64,000 bases of DNA from Phoronis australis (Eukaryota > Animalia > Phoronida), in assembly GCA_002633005.1 (NCBI GenBank), contig NMRA01000084.1, positions 172,320 to 236,319 of the forward strand. Direction: 5' to 3'. Both the position numbers and the translations under genes were made by a program. Under the pieces are notes generated by a model. That model had not been told where the DNA came from. It saw only the letters and a program-made list of their open reading frames with translations, and ran no database searches. Shown here piece by piece: positions 1-12,600 of this stretch; positions within the stretch are counted from its first letter, which is position 1, and each line of letters opens with the position of its first letter.

Positions 1-2784
1 AAACGAACCAATCCTATGCTTTTCTAGTCTGCGCCTCATGTATTACTACTATACAAATAAGATCATGCTGTGCCTGAACTATCCCATGGTCTTGTGTACA
101 AATGCGATACGGTGCACGCAGCATTATTCTCCGTGTCTATAACAAATATTCCTTTGTCATTTAGAGGTGAAGAACAAGCCTTACTAATAGAAACATGCGA
201 AACATATTAAATTTTATAGGCGGATTCCAAACCACAATAGCGAGGCAAATAACATCAATTATTACGTGGCGCTCATTTTTCAAAGAGCAGAAGAAAATCA
301 GAAAACGTTGTTTTTGAAGATATCCGTTTTTAAGTGCGTGTATCTCCGGAACGATATTAATGACTGGACAACCAAATTTTTAATCGAAATATCTTCAAAA
401 AGCTAGGATCCTATTGTGCACTAAACCTCTAAGATCAAATTTATCTCGCCGCAGAAAATCGAACATGGTAATAATTCTTCTATAGGAAACGTTTTTCACG
501 CGAGACAGCTATTAAAATTAATTCCCTTGTGTTTTAATCCTGCCAAGCGGCTTGTGTGAAACGTTTGTTTTTTTTCAACTCGCAAATCAGTTGAAACAGA
601 GGTTAAATAACATACACCTTCAAAGGTAGAAAATTTCATTATTTGGCGCAAGATACCCAACCAAAATCATTTCATTGTCTTAAAACGTAAAGGAATTCCT
701 CTGCCAAAATGTCAGACAATTACCGTAAAACCCTGCAAGTAAGCCCATACGCCTATATCCGAAATAATGTGCTTTTTCCACAAGATTTTCTATTCAAATG
801 TCCGGCATGTCGGTGCATGTGCTCCAGTTACGCAATCAAGATCCAATTATAGGCGCACCTAGATTTAAAAATACACTATCGTGCCATTTTATTTCACACA
901 GCTTGTGGCGTCAGTGACACTCTTGGTAAAATAAAAAGACAAGAGTACTGGTTAAATACTAAAAATGTGAAGTTTTAAAACTCATAGCACCAATATCCGC
1001 AGCACCTCAATTAAGGCAATTTCTACTTCAATGTCCCGCCTATAGGCGCATGCGCCAAAGTCCCGCAATTATGGGCAACTCCACAATTAGACGCATGCGC
1101 TCAATTGCCGGACTAAACGGTTGTCTTCAAGAAATGACAAGTGCTTTGGCAGATTAATGGGAGTTAATATCTTCCCTCACAGCTATACTAGTTATGTTTT
1201 GGTAGAAACATTTCATGCTCGATGTCCATTTCCAGTTCTCTCATAAAATAAGGTTCCAATCAAAAAAGGTTTCCAGTGTCCACTGCGTTTACGCTTCTTG
1301 ACGTACCCTATTATGGAAAAGCGTATAGCTAAGTAAATGGGTGTTTTTCGTTTATAATTGAATTATAAATGTTTTGTCTTTGCTGTTAATTAATTTCATA
1401 GTGGAACTGGGGCAAAAGTTCTCGTTAGATTTTTTCATTTGTTTTATATAAGATGAATCTATACTATAAATGTTATTGGCCCGTAGGCACACATATAAAG
1501 TATAACATGGCAAAGTCGTTATCCCACGTGATCTAGAGCCCTCAAGGATTTTGGAGAATTATTGGCCGAGGGAGTTAGCCCCGAGGGTGATAACTCTATA
1601 AAATTCACGTGGGCTCTAGAAAAGGGGGATAACTACTGAGAACACGTAATATTCTATTTATACCACATACTGAACGAGAAACATTGCACTGAATCATCTA
1701 GTACCTTTCTCGACACGCCTCGAGTTTTGTAACTACTTTCTATGTCAGGGGCCTGAGATCGCAAGTCGTGACCTTTTAAGAAGCGCCGAGTTTTTCTTGT
1801 TAAAATGATGTTTTTACTTGAAATCAAATAAAATTTAAAACAAAATAGAAATAATGTGACTCTGTTAAATAATTTTTAAGCAACTAGTCTAACTTACTAC
1901 TCATCGTTTCATGCTAAGCTTCCACCGTGAAAATATCGTCTGCTAAAGTAGGTTACCAATGGTTACTGATTATAATGTCCAAGTCAAAGGATCCCAACGA
2001 CACGTTACTGGCATTCAAACTGGAGATCGATGATTTACAAGTGAGAGGAAATGACAGATAAATTTTACTGAATTAAAGATGTCGTTTTCATTGAAATTGT
2101 GCGTCTTATTTTTTCATAGCGTATAAATGTCGGTAGAATGCCGTTTGTTGAACATGCGAATGTTGCACGTGCTGAATCAAGTATTCTATTTTCTCGTTCG
2201 ATAACGTCAGCTGCTGAGTGGTGCAGTCGTTAGGTCGACGACTCGAAACTCTTGCGGAGTGTGTTCGAAACCGGCTACGGTTTCCCGCCATAACGGTTGT
2301 ATTCGCCATGATGTCATAATGTGGTATAATTACTGAATATTCTCGACACATTCTCGATTGGACAGAAAGCTCCAGAGATTCATAAATTGGCCTGTAGCCT
2401 TATTTCACTAGGAACCTTGTGTAATGCAGAGTCAGGGTAATTGGGGTATAGCATTTGCAGCGACACCGGCCTTAACGAGGCCATGTCGGAATTCGTGTAT
2501 CGGCAAAGTGCACATTTTCTTCGCTCCTCTTGTATGTTGGAAAAAATGAAACAAAATCAGGAGAGTGACGATTTGCTGTTACGATTAATTGTTGTTGTTA
2601 TGGTAATACCAGAAACTATAAACAGTTTCAATCTTGCTGAGACTGTTCTTTGGGTTACAACAGATAATGTGACGCGGATGTAGGGAAATGCCCGTTAAAA
2701 CGCGGTAGGCATGTAAAACACCGTGTTTTCTAGTGTATTATGCTTTTATAGACAATACAACTACATTACTATGGTGACATGAAA

Positions 2785-2865
2785 ACAACAGCATCATGAG
2801 CAACAGCAGCAAACTCAGCAGCAGCAGCAACAACAACACCACCACCACCAAGAACAACAAAATAA
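2785..2865. repeat. Compound (CAG/CAA/CAC)n low-complexity tract
   Basis: Read directly from the sequence. Confidence 0.85.
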
Positions 2866-4203
2866 TACATAATTTTTACATTTTCAACCAAGGGTCACTG
2901 TCAAAATTTTTTTGAATGGTCAACATGTCAACGTGTGTGGAATGTTACGACGCCTATTTAAAGTAGTCATGCTATTATGGCCTCAGTCATACATTTTGTG
3001 ACCACAACGGCTTGTCTAAGAAAAGTGACTTAAGATTAATTTTAAGACAGAAATTTTATTTTACGCTCCACATGACTGTTTCTGAAACATAATTCAAACT
3101 TACTTAAGCAAAAGAATGAAATATTTAAGAATATACCCATAATTGTTAATTAGTTGGAAAATTTGTACAAATTATTTCCAAGCAGTGACGTCATAATAAT
3201 TTCGTGATTGGACATTTGTTCAGTAATTGACATATCGCAAGCTCCGCCTCCTGGTGAAATGTCAACAAACAAACAATAAGATTTACCGGGGAACGTGCCG
3301 TTTGTCGGGTAAACTGGCGAATGAGAAACGAAGGTGTGTCAAGAAAGATGCGTTCTTATTGGTCAGTAAAGTCGTCACAGGACCAAATTCCTGTCTCACA
3401 TTTCATGAAACTGGTCCCACAAATTAGGGATGTTTGAATTAACAGTTGTCATTGTTTTCTTGCCTCACTGGTTCATGAAACTTACAGGAGATATTAGGAA
3501 ATTAACTATGCTCCATTCCCGGCCTATATCTACTTGCTTTATTAATTTCTTCTCGCAAACTTTACCTCTTCAAGTTATCTCCCAATTTTGTTTTCCCGAT
3601 GGACTTGTGGAGAAGTGCGAATTCTCTTATTACGTCAACCCTTCTATAGGACTGTCGGCTATTCCCTGTATTCATCAGTGTATCTTTATCGCTTGAAAAA
3701 CCTGATGGCCTGTACCGTATCTCCCATGAAAGCCGGTTTTATGACTATTTTGGAACAGTGAGCATGGCACAAACGAGTGCAAGTGTATTGAAAATCATAT
3801 CTATGGATTCAGTGAAGACGAATTTGTCAGATTAACTGTATACTTGCGGTAAAATCTCTTATATGCGATTAAAGACTACAGGCTGTTTAGGAAGGGTCTC
3901 CAATTTCCTAGTAATACTACATTGTAAACGTGAGTGGTTCCAATCTATCTTATGGGCTTAGTAGGTGTCTAAAGTTAAGGATAAAGGGTTGCTGCTAGGG
4001 TTGTCTTGTCAACAAGCGAACAGCTCTGAGTTATGTCAGTGTCGGTCCTTTTAATCAGTTCATGTATGCTAATCACACTCGTGATCTCAAATCTCAAAAT
4101 ATCAGCGGAAAACTTTCTACATGGGCGCAAGGCAGCGTTGCAGATTCTTACAGTCATCACGTAAATGGTAGCGCCGTTATATGTACGTACTGACTGTAAG
4201 GTT

Positions 4204-6332
4204 TAGGCGGTGGGCCAGAATTTGTAGGACTTCTAGAAAATGGTTTTTGTGAGTACTTTAGGGGGCAATTTTATTTTGGTGTTTTTTAATTCATTTACTA
4301 GAGTGCTTTCAAAATCTAAAAAGTTCCCACATAGTAAAGTTGCACATTTTTGAGAAATTTGAGTGTGAAGTTGCATAGCAACCACCGTAGAGCTTGGAGA
4401 ACTTGTATTTGTAAAACAACCGGTTTTGCTATCTTTTTGTAAAACAAGTAATATGGCCGGATAGATGTCATTGTATTGAACAATAATACGCTCACATTAC
4501 ATGTTTTACTACTGTAGACTAATTGTAAACAATGAAATTAAAAAATGTAAAGTGACACCTAGTGGCAGAAATGCAAACTAAGTCTGAATTTTACTAGGAG
4601 GTTATTCTGGCATTGTCTGGCAACAAAAACAACACAAAACACTTGAGACTGGGCAGAATTTGTGCCTCAATGACTAAAACATTGACTAATGGTGTAAAAT
4701 ACAGCTTGTTTGCATAATACACCAGAAATACGTTATAGTGCAAAAACAATATAGTTGAATGATCTCTGTGAATATGCACATAGACTGTATAAAAATAATA
4801 GATTATTCTGACAGCGTTTAGCACGCAGTATGAGACAAATACATGACAATGATCAAAGTATGTAATTTCTATGACTTAATCAACAAATAAAATTCACTTT
4901 TTAATACAAAAACACGAAATAACGGTGTTGGAGGTCTATTTAGGTTGACTTATCACGGAACTTTCCAATGTTATGCAGTCAGTGTTGCTGATGTTACTAC
5001 AGTTTTCACAACTACGCATTTCTGTACACTTTGACCCAGCATTGCAGCACAAACTCAGTTTCCCAGCATAAATGTTCTTTTGCTATTGCAGCGTTCATCA
5101 TTTTGTATTGTCAATGGAGCTGCGGGCATTCCCATACATTTTATCTGCAAAGCTCCACCGCCAATGAGCCAACTATGGTCGATTAGAGAGGGTACCGCAC
5201 TGCACACTGGTGATTGGCCCGCACGCTATGAAAGGTCAAACACTGAGTCCTTGTTTGGAGGCAGGCAAGATTTGGGTAAACGTTTGATTCAAAATATGTT
5301 ATAATGGGCTGTTTTAATTAGAGTCAACAAGTGAATTATTGAACACTAGCCTCAATTTTCCTTTCGTATCTCTTACAACAGTGAGTAGCTTCAACAGTCG
5401 TGTCTTAAGATTGCCTGTCCAAATAACTTCATGCACACCAGCTTTCTGAAGAACAGCTTCAAAGTCTTGCTTTATTTTTGAAAGGCAAATGACATCTCCA
5501 TGTGTTGGAAGCTTTGATTCAATGAATTCCAAACAAAACTGTTGAAAAACATCTCTGAAAACTGTGGATTCGTCACTCTTCACAATCTTTGTCTTTCTAT
5601 TTTTATAGCATGATGATCTGTGGTACTTGGCTTCTAAGACACAAGGTCTTTCTCTTTGAATTTCATTTGCATATTCAGGGCTCTAGACTGAGCTGTTGCT
5701 TGCGATACAAGTCCAACAGAAAAAACCTAAACTGGTAACAATAATGAGTGAGTTGGCATGCAAATTTTTCAGACGGACTTATCAGGAACCGATCCACCAC
5801 CAGCCTAACAAATTTACATGCCGTCTGATCTGTCGCATAAAAATGTTGATCGTCTAATAATTAGATTAGTTGATGTAACTGAAAATAAATCAGCTGATAT
5901 ACCAGTGCAGTGATTGAAATTTATTTCTTTTTTAAATCAGATGCTCATACCATAGTCAATCGATTTACATTTAAGGTAACCAACGTTTGACGAACTGGAC
6001 AGTGACATCACAATTTTGCGCTGTTTGATAAACCTTGGATTATATAGGCATCACACTACATGGGAGGTGCCATATTGAAGTAACTATGCACAACAATACA
6101 ATGTGGCTCTCTGAGTGGTCAATTCAATAGAAAAGCGCCACGAAGTGGCAGGAATGTGCATAATATTTAGTGCAACTAAAACACCTTTTTTTAAAAAATG
6201 TGCAAGTGTAGACGTGGGAACTTTTTTGAATTTGATTTATAGCCTATTTTCTAGCTACATAGAACAAAAAACTAGGTTGCCCCCCCAAAGTACTCACAAG
6301 GATGAACGCTATGAGATCTGGCCCACCGACTA
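4204..6332 (-). mobile_element. Internally deleted Academ (AcademX-type) DNA transposon, copy 1
   Basis: TIRs TAGGCGGTGGGCCAGA...TCTGGCCCACCGACTA and 3-bp TSD GTT on both sides. Minus-strand remnants: LEAKYHRSCY (~5640), LKTRLLK, LPPNKDS, HSW...L.I....PAAP and a Cys-rich tail CCNAGSKCTEMRSCENCSN (~4990-5050). Confidence 0.8.
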
Positions 6333-8749
6333 GTTGTCTTTGACTGGACATAGCGAATAACTAATTCAGCGCGTTGTTTAAGCATAACTACGAGTTATTA
6401 AGCACAGTTCAAAGCACTCGTTTAAGAACCATTTGGCGCTTCATAGTAATCAACGCATTGTATTACTTAATCAACCTGCTGAATGGGGCTATTCGGAAAC
6501 TTTACAATAACTAGATGGCGCGCGTGTACTAGTGGTGATAGATTAAGCAGCCTCGATTTCGCGAGGCCTTTAAATACATGGTGAAATGGCTTGCAGCCGT
6601 GCCAACTGAATCTGAGATTGCGTAAAAAGGGTGCTTCTATGAGAGGAAGTAAGCACGACCTTATACAAAGGTAAGGTTTGTGATTATTTTATCGGTTAAT
6701 CCATGTTTATTCTAGTGATGCCTGTTAACTGAAGTACTCGCCAATGTCGACTTCGCGGCAGTCGCCAGTCGGATTAATCTTTGTTTGTTGTGATGCGTGT
6801 TAAGATACTTGACGTAAAACTCGGGATCTTTTGGTATATCAAAGCATTATTATTGTTCGGAATGATTTCTAACAGGTTTATCAGTGACAGTTACATCAAT
6901 CTATGCTGAATGTTTAAGCTTTGAACTCGATATTGGTTAGTGAGTTAAGATTACAATCCAAGGGTACGTGACAAATATCCATTGCATTAGACTATTTGTT
7001 AACTCCCTATCATAAGTCTTCCGGAAATTTATTACATGTTGAAAAAGGAAATCTATCATGTCTGTTTTCACGTGACCTTTGGTTTTTAGGTTTGAGGGCT
7101 TCACCGTACCTGAGTTGACAAAAATTGGTTTCTGCAACTAAGCAAGATCTTAATTCCCATCCAGTACAGACATGTTGTCAAAGCCTACTTTCTATATCGG
7201 AGACAACGAACAAAGTCTTTCAAAAATGAGCTATTTTAAAGAAAAGTATGTCAGTCGTTTTGTTAAATTTACTTATTCAGGTCCTTAACGAGGGATTGGC
7301 ATAGGGGGTTGGGGTTGTAAAATTTGGTGAAACTGAAAGTGTGGAAGTAACAGGTAATACATGTCTGCGGGAAAGAGCATGGTAATGTAATTCTTAACCG
7401 TCTTGAAGTTCCTTCAAGTTTATTTCATGAAACTGTTTTGCTATGAATTGTAACCCCATAAAAATATATTACATTTTCTGAATTTTCTGTGTCTGAATAG
7501 TCTTAACTCGTGCCTTGAAATGTTACAAGTCGTTTACAAATTCAAATGACTACCATTTTTGTGAAAATTGCATTTTTGATGGTGTCTTACGATTTGTAAT
7601 TACTGTTAAACAACAGAAAAATTATCGGTCATTTTTAAATGACCCAAGTCTTCATATCTTCTATTAGAAGAAAAATATAAAGTCTGAGAAACGGTTCTCT
7701 CATCCTTAGACACTAGAAGTATGCTTGACAGACCCATGAATCTGTAACCGGAATTTAAAATTCCTGAAAGTATCAAAAATAAAAAGGCTTGAAAATGGGT
7801 AAAAAGGTTTGAAGTTGTCGCAAAAAACTTGTATGTTTTGCAGACAAGTGATGCGTTTAAAGAATTTTTATGGCTACGAATGAAAAATAAAGACGCCGTT
7901 TTATGCAATACTTATTATAAACACCCCTGGTTTCTGAAAATAGTAATTATTTAATTTTATGTGAAATTGTAGAGCAGTCACCATTTCATATTTTTGAAAA
8001 ACAGGGGTAGCATTTTTGACTCAACCTGGATTACTGGTATAAATACCTGTCCTTTCTCACTGAGTGACATTAACTTTTCCTTTCAGAAGAAAGGCTTTAT
8101 ACTAATGGTAAAACCTTTTCAATTTCGTACATACTATGGGTAAATGACATTCAGTGACTGTATCGATTGTCTTATTGTCAATAGAAAGCCCGTTAATGTT
8201 ACACTTTGATAAATCAAATAAATTTTTAATCAACAGGCAAGTTTGTCACTAATTATTGAAACCACAATATTTCTTCAGTTTTAAAACCCCATACAGTGCA
8301 GTTGTGCTTATTCTTGATAAAGCTGAATTGATTACCGAATACGCTTGCGAATTGTCATTTTCCTGTTGACTTATAGAAATGTTCAGCGATCAAAATGAAG
8401 TATTACGTTTGTTTGGATTTGATTTGTTTGTGTGTGTAATTCTTTTTAGAGCTTTTTCAAGAAGGCCTTTGAACAATTTTATGGTTTGTGTTAACTTGTC
8501 TATGAACAAAAGTTCAACATGCAAGAAAAGTAATACTATGTTTACAATTGTAGCTAGCTGGATAAGTATCTGCTATGCACAAGATTCCAGAATAAACAAT
8601 TATCAGTGTATTTAAAAACAAAATGGCAAACTAAACAAGCACATACATACATACATGTACATACATACAAAGAAACGACATTGCAATGGAGTCCATAATT
8701 GGGCATATCAAGTGCTGAATTTCTGAATTAGTTTCATTTCTCTCGGGTT

Positions 8750-9650
8750 ATTGCTGAAGGATTTCTTTTCACTATGTCCAAAGATAAAATAGATGGTCAG
8801 GCAGTTGGTTTCAGCTGTTTTCTCTCACCTGTAACAGAATAGTGCGAGAAATATTAGCAAATTATAAACGAAAACACAAGACAAACAACTTTTGTAAGCC
8901 AGAACATACTTGACGTTTCATCTTCATGTTTATATGTAGAAACTAATAATCTTTGTACCCAAGTCTTATTTAATATCTGAATTAAAAAATATGAAAATGT
9001 GATTTAACAATGTGTATTTTTCATAACACTTAAAATGTGCTTCTGATCTCAACAAGCAAAATTCATTCTATATGTAAATTTTTATTGCATTGCAATGTTA
9101 CCTTCACTGAATTAAGGCTTATTCATATTAATTTGGTAACTAATCTGGTAGTCCTGGGGGTGGTTTCCGCTATAAAATAAGGAAACTCACTCATCTAGAG
9201 AAGTTTATTGGACACAGCATGGTTTGGAAGAGAAACTGCTGTGAAAAAGTCACCCTTGACTTCTGAGCGTCACGTACCATACACCTCTTATATTGGGCGC
9301 ACTTCTACCCAGGACAATATGAATACGTGGTGCTAGCCTACCCGGCATCCGAGTCCCGGGTGAGTTTCCGAAAGGAAACACTTAGCTCCACCCAATAAAC
9401 CCGTTATTCAGTGGGGGTAACTGGTGGGGATAACATCACCGAACGATGCCGATAGAAACTGATTGCTAAAAACTTACCAAGTAAACGGAAATGCATAGAG
9501 TACACAGGGGGCTTCAGCATCCATACACTCTTTGTCAGTTGGTTAACCCGTTTGACAGCAATTGTCCATGAATACAGTAACCTTAGGTCTTTCGGGAATT
9601 TGTGGCCACCTGTCGAAGACTTGCGGCACGGAAAATAGCTGTAATAAGGC
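8750..9650 (-). pseudogene. Two-exon THAP-domain relic (DNA transposon N-terminus)
   Basis: Exon ~9650-9478 reads STGGHKFPKDLRLLYSWTIAVKRVNQLTKSVW..VYSMHF then G|gtaagt. Exon from 8828 (ttacag|) reads GERKQLKPTA*PSI, matching the AVPTIF box. Confidence 0.65.
9140..9440. mobile_element. Structured ~300-bp insert, probable terminal repeat of a DIRS/Ngaro-like element, inside the THAP intron
   Basis: GC-richer island with hairpins (GTTTCC-GAAA-GGAAAC; GGAAACTCACTC pairs with GGGTGAGTTTCC) and AATAAA. Family assignment is from recalled similarity only. Confidence 0.35.
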
Positions 9651-12600
9651 TTAGCGCGACGACGTATTTTGATAACAGTTCCATCTTTTACCAGTTGTTT
9701 ACATGCAGACAGCGATGTTATTTAACGCGCACTTTTGTTTACAACGCGCAGTTTTGCTAAATCAAAGCGCTGAATCAGTTATTCAGGGCCCTTATCGACA
9801 GTTTTTGTAATTCACGCAGAAAAGAATACAAAATCACACCTATCAGTAATTCATCTTAATAGGAAACAAATGCCCTCTCCAGAAAATCAGAGCACAGCCT
9901 AACAACAGTCAACGACATTCTGAAGCTGCTGATCACACCAGGATAAGGTGAGCGAATTTTATTTTGAAAATTTACAGCAATGCGCGCGCTACGAAAATAA
10001 CAAAACTAAGGGAAACTTTAAACTTTTGAGACACAGCACAATTTCGTCGTTTTCCAATATTTATTTGGAATTTGAAAGATAGGTAAAGCACGTCATCACA
10101 TTTTTATATCTGCATTATGGCTAACTGAAAGGCGGGAAATTAAGTCGGTTCATTCATCTATACAATTCACTGCCTCAATAGATTCAACCGCCTGTTTACT
10201 GGAGCCACACCTTAGAAAAACAACGGAATCCCCTTGGCAGCAATAGCTGCTTTTGTGACACATTACACTGCACTAATGCGCCTGAAACAAAAAGATAAAT
10301 CCTTTACCTTTCCTCGTTCCATTTACTATTCTCAGCTACTGGTGGTTTTTCGCTATTCAAAAAAATATTCCGATTCAGTTAAATTGTTTGACTCTATTGC
10401 ATAGTAACAATGCAATCTTCAAAAGTACACGAACATCGAATGAAAATAAGCACATGTTCTGACCCTTCATTCCCAGTCCTTTGAAGCGGCACGTTATTGT
10501 AGTAAGTAGTTACATGTATTCTTTCACACAGTACCTACTGCAGACGTGTTGTTTCTCGTTTCGTACTGTTAAAATTCTTTATCGTGGAAGCCATAATTTC
10601 AGTGTCCTCTGAGAAGACCGCCTAAATAGTCTTGTAAACTTAACTTCAGCAAAATAGTACTTTTCATAGAACAACACCGTCTCCCCGTCTGACTCAAACT
10701 TGGCGCGGTCATCGCCAGGTAAGACCGACTGTATTTTACCAACATTGCGTAGAGTCAGAAGAAAAGGTCGCTATTCAAGTAATGCACACTTAGTCGCCAA
10801 CCAATGAAAGTGACACAATCTCCTGCTATAAACCATTTACCATTATGAAATTAGTCTCAAAATAGAAGTGACATCTGGGCTTGGGATCAAGTACTACGAG
10901 TTGAGTTGTCATAGCGTGCAATATTTTTCGCCGAAAATGGTCTCGAGGGAGAACGAAGTCATTTCTTTACAAGACCAGAAATCGCTTCTCATCTGACCCA
11001 GTAACTTCTTGAGGCTAATGTTGCAACGGTGAAGTCGTCTAAATCAAAAGTTAGTTTTTTCGACGTAACGCATAGCTGCTCTTTATCTAACAAAAGGTAA
11101 AAACAGAAACAACGCCATTTGAATTACTTTACCTTAACATTCCCGGCAAACTAGAAACACCGTCACGTTGTATCAGTAGCCGTTGTGCATTAAAACTAAC
11201 CGTGGCGCTTTTCTCTCAAAAAGTGTGAGCGGTTAAAAAATGCGTGCTGACAAGTTCGCGGATGAATGTGGACTGACAGAAGACTAAGCGCGCATAACAA
11301 CTATTTACCGTGTTTACCGCGATTCCAATAGGAGGCGTACTGTACAAGGCACACTCGTTTACGAGCACTACTCTGATCTTGCCGTGGGAAGCTCAAGATA
11401 AACATCAACACTCATTATCGAGGGTCATTTAAGAGCATTTAAAAGGCACGAACTAACAAAAATACAAACACTTAAATCCCACACAAACGAAGCGTATAAT
11501 ACATGGCAACTTCATATTATGTTTTGTGAACAGAACACGTCGTATATTATCTTGGGCCTAAAAAATGGGGTACTCGAATAATGTGGCCATTTTACTACGA
11601 TTTACGGGGTACGTTCAGAACTATGAAATGTGCAGTCGCCGAATTCTTTAAGTTTCTGCCTTTTTAGGGGAGAGGGTGGCTCGTTCGAGTCCCCCGAGGC
11701 CCCCCTTGGGTGCGATGTAATAACTTCCTTTGTCAACAAAAACAGAAATTTCAGTCCTTATTTGGTTTTGTTGACAAAGGAAGTTATTTCATCCGAAAAT
11801 TTCAAATTTCAGTTGATCCATTCTTGCTGTTTTATTTACCGATTTATATTCTTCATTTCATGAAACAATAGTATCCTTGGGAGGATCTGGATCGCCTTAT
11901 TTAGTTTCAGAAATATTTTCTACGTCTTTGGTAAGAAATCTGTCGCAACATCCATCAACGAGGAAGAACGACTTGGATTAGCGATTTTTGTTCATAACTT
12001 GAACAGAATACCGTAGACACCCATCTTGTATCAGTGTTTTTTCGCAATGGTGATCTTGGAAGAGGCAGAAACGTTCGTAGCACATGCCAGAGGATTTAGA
12101 GGTTATACCAAGGATGCAGACAGGATTCCTTTCCATTGTTCAGCACGGATTCGTCATGTTTCAGTCTGTCACAACGGTGCCGTATATGCTGGTATTCACA
12201 ATTGATGACTACTTCTAATTTGTTAGCAGTTATACAAACAGCGTCACTTTTTACAGTTTCATCAGGGCAGTACTTCGCAATTTGTGTGAACCAGCATATT
12301 AATTATTCATATGACTGAACAGTGATTAAACTCTTCATCAAACGTCGACGCACACTTTCTTTGCGCGACTTTCTTCAATGATTAGCCAGTTACGTTATTG
12401 TGACTTTCAAGAGTCGTTTAATACAAACAACTTTACAATGACCCGGCCTTATAACATCACTGAAGCACATGGCAGCCATGAAGGTCAGTTATTCGGAGCA
12501 GCAGTAAAGTGCACACTGTGTTTTATCGACAGCTAGAATACACTGAATTCACTTTTATCATCGTGAGACTCTAACACTCGAGGTTATTACAGAGGACGAT

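Noticed and set aside
4594-4824. ORF duplicated at 30035-30220, read as a conserved small gene
   Set aside because: It lies in the terminal region of two copies of the same Academ element, so the similarity reflects transposition.
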